From Minisyncoccota bacterium (lineage in GTDB: Bacteria > Patescibacteriota > Minisyncoccia > Phycocordibacterales > JBAYLF01): a stretch of 64,000 nt of DNA. The notes under the pieces are model-generated. The model was given only the letters and a program-made list of their open reading frames with translations, had not been told where the DNA came from and did no database searches. The stretch spans positions 67,380 to 131,379 of the forward strand of contig JBAYLF010000001.1 in NCBI GenBank assembly GCA_041664205.1. Direction: 5' to 3'. Shown one piece after another: positions 48,434 through 57,866 of the stretch (its first letter is position 1; every line of letters begins with the position of its first letter). Both the position numbers and the translations under genes were made by a program.

Positions 48434-48504
48434 TGCGGGTAGGGAGAATCGGACTCCCGTCTCATCCTTGGCAAGGACGTGTTCTACCACTAAACCATAC
48501 CCGC
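48434..48504 (-). tRNA. tRNA-Gly (anticodon GCC)
   Basis: Manual fold: acceptor GCGGGUA/UACCCGC, anticodon stem CGUCC/GGAUG, loop UUGCCAA, T-arm GGGAG-UCCGAUU-CUCCC. Confidence 0.75.
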
Positions 48505-48748
48505 ATGTTTATAACATTATACAAAAAAACTTATTTTTACAAAATTCTATACTTTTATGACTTAACTTATCCACACATGGCAAGATCCGTCATTCTGCAA
48601 ATTAATGTGCACCCGGCAGGATTCGAACCCACAATAACGGTTCCGAAGACCGTTGTGATATCCATTTCACCACGGGTGCAATATACTCGAACAAAGTAAT
48701 AATACGATAAATTAGCGAAAAAACCAAATTTATAATAAAATATTTATC

Positions 48749-50263
48749 ATGTTTAAGTTAAATAATAAAAATGAATTCAAAATACCTATTGAAATTGCTA
48801 AAATTTCAAAAACCTTAGAGAAATCCGGGTTTGATAGTTATCTAATAGGGGGTTGCGTTAGAGATTTATTAATAGGAAAAAAACCAAAAGACTGGGATTT
48901 AACAACAAATGCTACACCTGAACAAATAATATCCTTATTTGAAGAGACTTTTTATGAAAATGACTATGGAACTGTTGGTGTTATAAATAAAGATGTTTCT
49001 GATGAAACATTAAAAGTCGTTGAAATTACTCCTTACAGATTAGAATCTGAATATTCCGACAAAAGAAGGCCTGATTCTGTAATTTTTAGTAATAAACTAG
49101 AAGATGATCTAAAAAGAAGAGATTTTACCATAAATGCTATAGCTGTAAGGATAGAACAACCAGAAAATGGTGATGATTTATATAAAGGACAGATTATTGA
49201 TCCTTATAAAGGACAGGATGACTTGAAAAATACCCTTATTAAAGCTGTGGGCGACCCAAATGAAAGATTTAAAGAAGATGCGCTTCGTATGATTAGGGCC
49301 ACAAGATTAGCAACTGAATTATCTTTTGATATAGAAAAAGAAACTAAAGAAGCAATTAAAAAGGATGTGGATTTATTGCAACATATATCAAAAGAAAGAA
49401 TAAGAGACGAATTTACTAAAACCTTAATGTCTGACCATCCAAAAGACGGCCTTATTCTTAATCACGATTTGGGTATTCTTAAATTTATGGTGGAAGAATT
49501 GGAGAAGGGGATTAATATAAAACAAAATCAGGCACACTCATTTGATGTTTGGGAACATACTCTTAAAACACTTCAGCACTCAGCGGATAAAAAACTATCG
49601 CTTGAAGTTAGATTAGCAGCGCTTTTCCATGATATTGCTAAACCACAGACTAGACGCTGGTCAGAAGAAAAAAATGATTGGACATTCTATGGTCATGATG
49701 TAGTTAGTGCAAGAGTTGCTACAAAATCACTTTCAGAATTAAAATTCCCTAAAAAAATAATAGAAAAAGTTATTAAACTCGTTCGTTGGCATATGTTTTT
49801 CTCTGATACTGAACAAATTACTCTTTCGGCAGTTAGAAGAATAGTTAGAAATGTCGGACCAGATAATATTTGGGATCTTATGAATCTCAGAATGTGCGAT
49901 AGAATAGGCACAGGAAGGCCTAAAGAAAGCCCTTATAGATTAAGAAAATACCAATCAATGATAGAAGAAGCTTTAAGGGAACCAATATCTGTTGGAATGC
50001 TTAAAATAAACGGTAGTAAGTTAATGGAAATTACAAAGCTTAATCCTAGTCCTAAAATAGGGTATATATTACACGCTCTTTTTGAAGAAGTTATTGAAAA
50101 TCCGAAATTAAACACAGAAGAATACTTATCAGAAAAAGCGATCGAAATGTCAAAAATGTCTGACAATGAATTAAAAGAATTAGGTGAAAAAGGAAAAGAA
50201 AAAAAGGAAGAGGAAGAGGAAAAAGTAATAGAAGAGATAAGAAAGAAATATTGGGTAAAATAA
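48749..50263 (+). CDS. cca: CCA-adding enzyme / poly(A) polymerase-family nucleotidyltransferase with HD domain
   Basis: IGGCVRDLLIGKKPKDWDLTT (the GG...RD..DxD polymerase-beta motif) and a C-terminal HD domain (FHDIAKP). Confidence 0.85.
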   Translation: MFKLNNKNEFKIPIEIAKISKTLEKSGFDSYLIGGCVRDLLIGKKPKDWDLTTNATPEQIISLFEETFYENDYGTVGVINKDVSDETLKVVEITPYRLESEYSDKRRPDSVIFSNKLEDDLKRRDFTINAIAVRIEQPENGDDLYKGQIIDPYKGQDDLKNTLIKAVGDPNERFKEDALRMIRATRLATELSFDIEKETKEAIKKDVDLLQHISKERIRDEFTKTLMSDHPKDGLILNHDLGILKFMVEELEKGINIKQNQAHSFDVWEHTLKTLQHSADKKLSLEVRLAALFHDIAKPQTRRWSEEKNDWTFYGHDVVSARVATKSLSELKFPKKIIEKVIKLVRWHMFFSDTEQITLSAVRRIVRNVGPDNIWDLMNLRMCDRIGTGRPKESPYRLRKYQSMIEEALREPISVGMLKINGSKLMEITKLNPSPKIGYILHALFEEVIENPKLNTEEYLSEKAIEMSKMSDNELKELGEKGKEKKEEEEEKVIEEIRKKYWVK

Positions 50264-50279
50264 TCTAAAATTAAAAAAG

Positions 50280-50315
50280 TTCCTAGTATTAAAGTTAATA
50301 TTAGGAACTTTTTTT
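50280..50315 (+). terminator. Intrinsic terminator after cca
   Basis: ttcctagtattaaagttaatattaggaac hairpin plus TTTTTTT. Confidence 0.6.
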
Positions 50316-50697
50316 ATAAGTAAATAAAAAACCGCCTGTGCGAAATAGATAAATATCGCTGCAAGCGGTTTTAAAAAGGAGTTTTTTGTGTTTTGATAAA
50401 AGATTTTTTGAAAAAGTATTAAACAAATGGCAGATGTGTTATGCCACATCTTTTTAAAAATCTATGGCCATTGTTCTGCTTAATCAAAGTTGCTTTTCAA
50501 TAACACAAAAACAAACTAAATTTTCAAAGAACTTATCAAACTTCTAATAGCTTTAAAAACTTCACTTCTTAAAGACACTGAGCTAACTAACCGTTTGATC
50601 CTGTAATCAGTTTAACATCAGTAAAAGACATGTAAAGGACAATATGTGGATAACTTAAATTTAACTTCTTATTTAATTAAAAAAGACTTAATTTAAG

Positions 50698-51642
50698 CTA
50701 TTTATTGTGAAATTTTTTGTAAATGTCTTTGAGATGTTTGTCTATTATGTGTGTATAAATTTGAGTGGTAGTGATATTTGCATGTCCTAAAAGCATTTGG
50801 ACGGAACGAATATCTGCACCGTTTGCAAGTAAATCTGTAGCAAAGCTATGTCTTATTATGTGAGGGGTAACTTTTTTTGTAATACCCGCTTTAATTGCAT
50901 AGTATTTTACAATTCTTTCTATATGTCGTGGGGTTAACCTATTATCTCTTGTTTCTTCATTAGAAAGTCTTGTTGGAACAAAAAGGGCATCCTCGGTATC
51001 TGCACGCTTATCCAAATACTTTTTTATAGATTCTTTTGCATTTTCCGAAAGGAAAACAACTCTTACTTTTTCACCCTTTCCTCGTATTGAAAACTCATCT
51101 TTTTTTAGATCTAGATCACGCGACAATGAGCATAATTCAGCTAAACGTAGTCCTGTTGAGAAAAAAAGTTCTAATATGGCTTTATCTCTTAAGCTTTTTA
51201 AATCGTTTCCATCTGGAGCATCAAGAAGACGTTTTAATTCATCTATCGAGATCAAATCTACTGTTCTTTCAGGGACTTTTGCTAGATCAATCCTATCTGG
51301 AGAAAGAGTTTTAAAGTTTCTTTTAATTAAATATTTAAGAAATGTGCGTAAAGAAATCAAATAATAGTTTTGGGTTCTCTTTTTAAGTGTTTCATTTGAT
51401 ACTTTTGATGATTGCCTGTTAAGCCAAAGGCGAAATTCGCGAATATTATCGTCTGTTATTTCTTCTGGTTTTGTAATTTTTATAAAACCTAAAAAACGTG
51501 TGAGATAATGATCATAGTTTTCAATAGTTTTTAAACTGCGTCCTTTCTCAATTTCTAAAGATTCAAGAAATTCTCTTTTTAATTGATTTATATCTTTTAT
51601 CATAAATTCATAAATTAAGGTCGCACAATATAATAATACCAC
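50698..51642 (-). CDS. Tyrosine site-specific recombinase (XerC/XerD-like integrase)
   Basis: RHSFAT and LLGHANITTTQIYTHI (the R-H-R-Y catalytic tetrad region). The true start is probably MIKDIN at 51603. Confidence 0.8.
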   Translation of the reverse strand: MVLLYCATLIYEFMIKDINQLKREFLESLEIEKGRSLKTIENYDHYLTRFLGFIKITKPEEITDDNIREFRLWLNRQSSKVSNETLKKRTQNYYLISLRTFLKYLIKRNFKTLSPDRIDLAKVPERTVDLISIDELKRLLDAPDGNDLKSLRDKAILELFFSTGLRLAELCSLSRDLDLKKDEFSIRGKGEKVRVVFLSENAKESIKKYLDKRADTEDALFVPTRLSNEETRDNRLTPRHIERIVKYYAIKAGITKKVTPHIIRHSFATDLLANGADIRSVQMLLGHANITTTQIYTHIIDKHLKDIYKKFHNK

Positions 51643-51755
51643 TAATTATATTTTTTAAATTCAAAATAATGTTAATTGTCAAAAAACGACCTATTTTCTA
51701 AGGATAAGCGATTTTGCTTGCAAAGAATATGGATTTATGCTATTGTGTTTAAACC

Positions 51756-52022
51756 ATGCTTACAAAGAATAAAAAGCAAAAAGTTATAAAAGAATTCCAA
51801 GTTCACGAGACTGACACAGGATCTTCTGAGGTTCAGGCTGCAGTTTTAACCAAAAGAATCGACGAACTTGCAAGTCATCTTAAAAAACACCCTAAAGACA
51901 ATCACTCAAGAAGGGGACTTCTTCAAATGGTTGCCGATAGACAGACATTTCTTAAGTATCTCAAGAAGAAGAACGAGAAAAGCTACAAGACAGTGATCAA
52001 AAAACTCGATCTTAAGAAATAA
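51756..52022 (+). CDS. rpsO: 30S ribosomal protein S15
   Basis: 88 aa, with HSRRGLLQMV..R.LKYL, a typical S15. Confidence 0.9.
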   Translation: MLTKNKKQKVIKEFQVHETDTGSSEVQAAVLTKRIDELASHLKKHPKDNHSRRGLLQMVADRQTFLKYLKKKNEKSYKTVIKKLDLKK

Positions 52023-52117
52023 AACACTGATGAATCTAGTTTTAATACAAATATTCAAATAAAAAATAATCAGTTTAACTGGTTGTTTTTTATCTTAAAA
52101 AGTTAATTTAAATAATT

Positions 52118-52684
52118 ATGTCAATAATAAAACACAAACAACAAAGAGTTGCCGTCTTCATAGACGCACAAAATCTTTATCATTGCGCTAAGAATCTCTA
52201 TCATTCTAGAGTTAATTTCGGGCAGATTGTAAAAGATGCCGTAGCAGGAAGATCTCTTATTAGAGCAGTCGCCTATGTTATTACAACAGAAAGTGGTGAG
52301 GAAAAGAATTTTTTTGAAGCTCTTGAAAAAGTCGGAATTGAAACTAAGACTAAAAACCTACAGATTTTCGCTGGTGGAGCCAAAAAAGCAGACTGGGATG
52401 TAGGTTTAGCAGTCGATGCTATAAAACTCGCACCTAAATTAGATGCTGTAATCATTGTTTCTGGCGACGGAGACTTTGTTCCATTAGTAGAATATCTTCA
52501 AATGAACGAGGGATGCCAAGTAGAAGCTGTTTCTTTTGGAAAATCAACATCAGCAAAACTCAAAGAAGCCGTTGATGATTTTATAGATCTTGATAGAAAT
52601 CCAAATAAATATCTCATTAATTCATCTGTTTCACCTAAAAGAAACAGAAACAACTCTCAGATACCAAAAAATCCACAACAATAA
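52118..52684 (+). CDS. NYN/LabA-like (PIN-fold) domain protein inserted between rpsO and pnp
   Basis: VFIDAQNLY ... VSGDGDF, the NYN signatures. Confidence 0.7.
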   Translation: MSIIKHKQQRVAVFIDAQNLYHCAKNLYHSRVNFGQIVKDAVAGRSLIRAVAYVITTESGEEKNFFEALEKVGIETKTKNLQIFAGGAKKADWDVGLAVDAIKLAPKLDAVIIVSGDGDFVPLVEYLQMNEGCQVEAVSFGKSTSAKLKEAVDDFIDLDRNPNKYLINSSVSPKRNRNNSQIPKNPQQ

Positions 52685-53053
52685 AAGTTAAAAATAATAA
52701 AACTTATGGTCTGTGAATAGAAATTCTATTTACAGACCATTTTTTATAAAAAGAAAACACGAGTAATATTTTGCCATTTTTAAAATTTCTGGTAGATTAT
52801 TGATATCCTACTTCTAATAAAATGCTTTCCATAGAATCTAAAAATTCGTGGCGAGACGAAGAGAAAAATCAGAAGAATATCCTTAGATATTTTGAGGATT
52901 TTTCTCAAAGTCGTAGCCCGAATTTTTAGATTATGGTGGAAAATGATTTTTTAGAAGTAGGATACATTAATAAACAGTAATTTTGGCCTTCAAATAAATA
53001 GGTTTGAAAGAAATTCTTTCAAATTTAATATTTGGGGGTCTAAACTATAATCA

Positions 53054-55165
53054 ATGCAAAAAAAAGAATACTCCGTTGAAGTTGCTGGAAAAACTTTAAC
53101 AGCCGAGTTTAATGACCTCGCCGACCAAACCAATGGATCGGTAATGCTTAAGTATGGAAATACTGTGATTTTAGCCACAGCGGTTATGGGAAAAAACCTA
53201 AAAGATGGTGATTTCTTTCCTCTAACAGTAGATTTTGAAGAAAAATTTTACGCATCTGGAAAAATTTCCGGAAGCAGATTTATGAAAAGAGAAGGCAAGC
53301 CTTCAGATGATTCTATTTTAAGAGGTAGAATTATTGATAGAACCATCCGTCCTCTTTTTGACCAACATCTTCGCTATGAAGTCCAGGTTGTCATCACAGT
53401 TCTTGCTGTTGATGAATATGATCCTGACGTTTTAGGCGTAACCGCTGCATCTTTAGCACTAGGAACATCTGACATTCCATGGAACGGACCTGTAAGTTGT
53501 GTGCGTGTTGGCAAAGTTCCAGCAAATTCCGACTTTATTTTGAATCCTTCCTATTTAACAAGGGCTAATGATCTAGAAATGGAACTAGTTGCTTGTGGTA
53601 AAGATAAAAACATAAACATGATTGAATTTGCCGGCAAAGAAGCTCACGAAACAACAACTGTTGAAATGTTAAACAAAGCCTCAGAAGAAATAGAAAAAAT
53701 TCAAGCTTTTCAACAAAAAGTCATTGCTGAAATTGGAAAAACTAAAAAAGTCATTGATTTTCCAAAGATTTCTGACGAAGCAGTAGCTTTATTCAAAAAA
53801 GAGATCGAACCAAAGCTTTTTGATGAAGTTTTCAGTGGCCCAGGTAATAAACAAATTAATGATCTTAAAGAAGAGTGGGGTAAACTATATGAAACAACAT
53901 TTCCTGAGGATAAAAAAGCCCTTGCTGACGATCTTTTTGAAGAAGAAGTAAATGGTTTAATTCACAGAGAAGCAATTGCGAACCAAAAACGACCTGATGG
54001 AAGAAAAACTGATGAAATAAGACCTCTTTTTGTTCAAGCTGGAGGAATTTCTCCAGTGCTTCATGGTTGTGGAATATTTTATAGAGGAGGAACTCACGTA
54101 TTATCAGTTCTTACTCTTGGAGGCCCTAAAGATTCTCAAGTTATTAACGGCGGAATGGATTCACAAGAAGACACGTTTAAGCGTTTCATGCATCATTACA
54201 ACTTTCCTCCATATTCAAGCGGTGAAACAGGAAGAATGGGTGGAACAAACAGAAGAATGATTGGGCATGGAGCATTAGCTGAAAAGGCCTTATTCCAAGT
54301 TATTCCTTCTAAAGAAGAATTTCCTTACACAATACGCCTTGTTTCAGAATCAATGGCATCAAATGGTTCAACATCAATGGGTTCTGTTTGTGCTTCAACA
54401 ATGGCGCTTATGGACGGCGGAGTGCCTATAAAAGCTCCTGTTGCAGGAATTGCATCCGGACTTATGATGGAAACTCACGAAAAATATCAGTTATTAACCG
54501 ATATTCAAGGTCCAGAAGATCATCATGGTGATATGGACTTTAAGGTTGCTGGAACAGAGAAGGGAATTACAGCCATTCAAATGGATGTAAAGGTAGACAG
54601 CATACCTATAAAAATCCTTGCCGAAGCATTAGAAAAGGCAAAAAAAGCCCGATTAGAAATTATTGAAAAAATAAAGAAAGAAATAAGTGAACCTCGTAAA
54701 GATATTTCTGAACGCGCACCTAAAATTCTCATAACAAAGATCAAACAAGATCAAATTGGAATGATAATTGGCCCACAAGGTAAAAATATAAAAGAAATTA
54801 AAGAAAAAACTGGAGCAGAAATCGATATAGACGATGATGGAACAATTTATATTACAGGAAAGAATGGTGCTGCAGATAAAGCTAAAGCTATTATTGAAGA
54901 AATGACTCGTGTGTATAAAGCTGGGGATAAGTTTGAAGGTGTTGTAACAAAAATTATGGAATTTGGTGCTTTTGTTAAAATTGGTAGCAACACTGAAGGG
55001 CTTGTTCACATTTCAGAAATAGCTCCATTTAGAGTAGATAGAGTTGAAAAATATCTTAAAGAGGGACAAAAAATTCCTGTTGTTATTAAAGAAATTGACG
55101 AAAGAGACAGAATTAGCTTATCGATCAAAAAAATTGATCCAAATTTTGTTAAAGAAATTAAATAA
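53054..55165 (+). CDS. pnp: Polyribonucleotide nucleotidyltransferase (PNPase)
   Basis: Two RNase PH domains, KH (IGMIIGPQGKNIK) and S1 (GDKFEGVVTKIMEFGAFVKI) domains, 703 aa. Confidence 0.95.
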   Translation: MQKKEYSVEVAGKTLTAEFNDLADQTNGSVMLKYGNTVILATAVMGKNLKDGDFFPLTVDFEEKFYASGKISGSRFMKREGKPSDDSILRGRIIDRTIRPLFDQHLRYEVQVVITVLAVDEYDPDVLGVTAASLALGTSDIPWNGPVSCVRVGKVPANSDFILNPSYLTRANDLEMELVACGKDKNINMIEFAGKEAHETTTVEMLNKASEEIEKIQAFQQKVIAEIGKTKKVIDFPKISDEAVALFKKEIEPKLFDEVFSGPGNKQINDLKEEWGKLYETTFPEDKKALADDLFEEEVNGLIHREAIANQKRPDGRKTDEIRPLFVQAGGISPVLHGCGIFYRGGTHVLSVLTLGGPKDSQVINGGMDSQEDTFKRFMHHYNFPPYSSGETGRMGGTNRRMIGHGALAEKALFQVIPSKEEFPYTIRLVSESMASNGSTSMGSVCASTMALMDGGVPIKAPVAGIASGLMMETHEKYQLLTDIQGPEDHHGDMDFKVAGTEKGITAIQMDVKVDSIPIKILAEALEKAKKARLEIIEKIKKEISEPRKDISERAPKILITKIKQDQIGMIIGPQGKNIKEIKEKTGAEIDIDDDGTIYITGKNGAADKAKAIIEEMTRVYKAGDKFEGVVTKIMEFGAFVKIGSNTEGLVHISEIAPFRVDRVEKYLKEGQKIPVVIKEIDERDRISLSIKKIDPNFVKEIK

Positions 55166-55277
55166 GTTTAAATTCTTATTTCGGAAGTAAAAAATCATCG
55201 AAAATTTTCGATGATTTTTTACTTAGTTGTGTATTGTTTTATTGTTATTGATTAGTTTTTGAACTAAAATATATATA

Positions 55278-56879
55278 ATGGATAATAATGAAAAATTAAA
55301 TTCTAGTTTATCTCAGAATAATCCACCTACTCCTACTGATAAAAAAAACCTATCTGATGATGTGGGTCTTTTAATAATGCCAAAAAATATTTCCGATATA
55401 AATAAAACTCCAAAAGAAAGTCCTACGGTAATTTCACCTATAATCACAACTCCTATTAAGCCTATACTTGAAGATGATAGAGGTCTTACAATAATGCCTA
55501 AAAACGCTTCTGAAATAAATAATCCTCCAAAAGAATCGTTGAAAAAAGTTTTATCTACACCAAACATTCCTATATCAATATCACCAACACCTTTAGGTCC
55601 AGCAATACCAATTAACAACGAAACAGAACCTAATTTAAAAGGTGAGGCAGTAAAAGAAAAACAACAAGAAATAAGATCTGCGCTACTCGGATGGGTAAAA
55701 GGAGCTAAACCAACATTACCAGGAGCTCCTAAAAACACAGCCATAGCAAGTTCATTAGATACTAAAGTAAATCCAAATTTAAAAGTTATACCCCAAACAC
55801 CAAAACCAAAAGAGGAGAGTGTTTTTCAAGAAAAAACTCAGCTCGGAGAATTAGTATCAAAATCAACAGAAACACAAAAAGAAGGAGTAAAATCAGCAAC
55901 AAATGAAATTTCACTACCTAATAAAAACCCTTCGATTATAACTAATTTTAAATTTGAAAAAGCAGCACAAGCTTATGAAGAAAAAGTAGAAAATATGCTT
56001 GTAAGACCTCTTAGAACTTACAAGGAGGATTTGGCTAAAACAATTAAGGAACAGAATGTTTCAGTTGTTAAAATCGCAGCAGCAGAAAGTAAAAAACAAC
56101 AATATCAAGAAAAAGTTGAGGAAGAAAAATCCCCATCAAATCCAAAAAATATTATAATAATTATTTTTTCTATTATATTAATAGGTGGAGGATTAATAGA
56201 TTTGTATTACATATATAATAATTTTTATAAAGCCACAGAAATAAATCAGCAGGTTATTAAAAAAACAATTTCTACTGATTTTATTAAAAATATCGATATT
56301 ACAGGACTTCATGATCGAGAATTTCAAGATAAAATCTTAGCAGAAATAAATAAAAACAATTCAGCATTAGGCTCTATTACTAGTTATCAACTTATAGAAA
56401 AAATTGCTGGACAAGAAACTCTTTTATCATCTCAAAATTTCTTTGCTGAAGTGGCTCCAAGAATGCCCAGTGAATTAAGTAGGGCACTTAACAGTAATTT
56501 TGTTTTTGGTATTCACACCTTTGATGGAAATAGACCATTTATTATTCTTAATCTTAATTCATACGAAAATGTTTATTCTGGGATGCTTTCTTGGGAAAAA
56601 AATATGACAAACGATATTGAAAGAATCTTTAATTTAAAAAATGTTGATCAAAACATCGGTGGATTTGCTTCATCAACAACAGATGAGATGGCGGCATCAC
56701 AAAATCATTTTACTGACATATTGGTTCAAAATAAGGATGTTCGTCTTTTAAAGAATAAAAATAATGAAGAAGTTATCCTTTATTCTTTTTTTGATAATAA
56801 TCATTTAGTAATAACAACAAACGAAATTACTATGATAAAGATCTTTGAAAGGCTACGGGTTGCACAGCTTGAACGTTAA
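55278..56879 (+). CDS. Membrane protein with N-terminal proline-rich tandem repeats
   Basis: Repeated GL(L/T)IMPKN(I/A)S(D/E)IN..PKES units, a central TM (IIIIIFSIILIGGGLIDLYYIY), and a C-terminal globular domain. Confidence 0.35.
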   Translation: MDNNEKLNSSLSQNNPPTPTDKKNLSDDVGLLIMPKNISDINKTPKESPTVISPIITTPIKPILEDDRGLTIMPKNASEINNPPKESLKKVLSTPNIPISISPTPLGPAIPINNETEPNLKGEAVKEKQQEIRSALLGWVKGAKPTLPGAPKNTAIASSLDTKVNPNLKVIPQTPKPKEESVFQEKTQLGELVSKSTETQKEGVKSATNEISLPNKNPSIITNFKFEKAAQAYEEKVENMLVRPLRTYKEDLAKTIKEQNVSVVKIAAAESKKQQYQEKVEEEKSPSNPKNIIIIIFSIILIGGGLIDLYYIYNNFYKATEINQQVIKKTISTDFIKNIDITGLHDREFQDKILAEINKNNSALGSITSYQLIEKIAGQETLLSSQNFFAEVAPRMPSELSRALNSNFVFGIHTFDGNRPFIILNLNSYENVYSGMLSWEKNMTNDIERIFNLKNVDQNIGGFASSTTDEMAASQNHFTDILVQNKDVRLLKNKNNEEVILYSFFDNNHLVITTNEITMIKIFERLRVAQLER

Positions 56880-56940
56880 AAATATATAATGAAAAACTGC
56901 GTGCAAAATTATTCAATTTTGCACGCAGTTTGTTTTATAT

Positions 56941-57150
56941 CTAAACAACCCTTAAAAAATCAGCGTAAGTTGATTTTCTTGATTCATTAAAAATGAAATT
57001 ACTTTTTTTCCTTTGAGGTCTAACAATAAAACCATCTTCTTCGGGTATTGCCGAACCATCGCTACACATCAAATCTAAAATATCTTTTTCACTAGAACTT
57101 TCTGGTATTAGAAGTAATTTTCTAGTTGAATTCAAAATTTTACATCTCAT
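56941..57150 (-). CDS. Small hypothetical protein downstream of rnpA (not YidD-like)
   Basis: ORF only, without the YidD Cys pattern. Confidence 0.25.
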   Translation of the reverse strand: MRCKILNSTRKLLLIPESSSEKDILDLMCSDGSAIPEEDGFIVRPQRKKSNFIFNESRKSTYADFLRVV

Positions 57151-57199
57151 ATATCTGAATAAGATAATGACAGTAAAATATAATTAAGTCAATAATTTC

Positions 57200-57538
57200 T
57201 TATATAATTTCTGCTTTTTTTAGTAAAAAAGCTATTTCTTCCTTAAGATTTTCAAAATCTAGCCCATTTGCTTCTTTTTTAACAAAAAATACCCCTAAAA
57301 AACCTGGTTTTAATAAAGGTTTTAAAAAAACTAACACCGCATTCGCTCTTCTTTTTATTAAATTCCTTTCTGTAGCCTTTTTTGAGACTTTCAAAGAAAC
57401 TGTTGTGGAAAACCTGCTTTTTTTAAGATTTTCATCCTTTATATACCTAAAGGATAGAGAAGGAGAGTGTATAGATCTTCCTTTTGTTAATACAACCTTA
57501 AACAAAGATTGATTTATCCTTTGTTTTTTAGGTAACAT
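57200..57538 (-). CDS. rnpA: Ribonuclease P protein component
   Basis: 112 aa basic protein immediately downstream of rpmH, with an RNR-like basic motif (KRRANAVLV). Confidence 0.8.
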   Translation of the reverse strand: MLPKKQRINQSLFKVVLTKGRSIHSPSLSFRYIKDENLKKSRFSTTVSLKVSKKATERNLIKRRANAVLVFLKPLLKPGFLGVFFVKKEANGLDFENLKEEIAFLLKKAEII

Positions 57539-57583
57539 ATTGGTTAATTTAAGATAAATAGGTAAATAACACTATAAAAGCTG

Positions 57584-57724
57584 TTATTTTGAAACACTTA
57601 GACTCTTCCTTCCTTTTCTTCTTCTTCTAAGTAAAACCTGTTTTCCTGTAGCACTTTTTGTTCTAACTAAAAAGCCGTGTGTTGTTGCTCTTTTTCTTTT
57701 TTTAGGGTTGTATGTGAAAGACAT
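57584..57724 (-). CDS. rpmH: 50S ribosomal protein L34
   Basis: Manual translation: [46 protein letters not shown]. Absent from the ORF track because it is under 60 aa. Confidence 0.85.
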   Translation of the reverse strand: MSFTYNPKKRKRATTHGFLVRTKSATGKQVLLRRRRKGRKSLSVSK

Positions 57725-57866
57725 TGTTATTTTGTTATGTAATTATGTAAATATACACTCTTATTTAGACTTATCAACACATTATAAACATATTTTATTT
57801 TTTTAACAAGTTCTGCATTTCTTTAGTGGGTATATAATACAAGTATATTTTTTCCTAAGAAATAAC

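Noticed and set aside
47253-48699. ORFs 47253..47438, 48260..48442, 48345..48560 and 48433..48699
   Set aside because: They overlap tRNA-Pro, tRNA-Gly(GCC) and their structured inserts, and are artefacts of the GC-rich non-coding sequence.
56941-57150. Considered YidD (membrane protein insertion efficiency factor) for the ORF downstream of rnpA
   Set aside because: The sequence lacks the conserved Cys-containing YidD motif and the hydrophobic pattern, so it is left as hypothetical.
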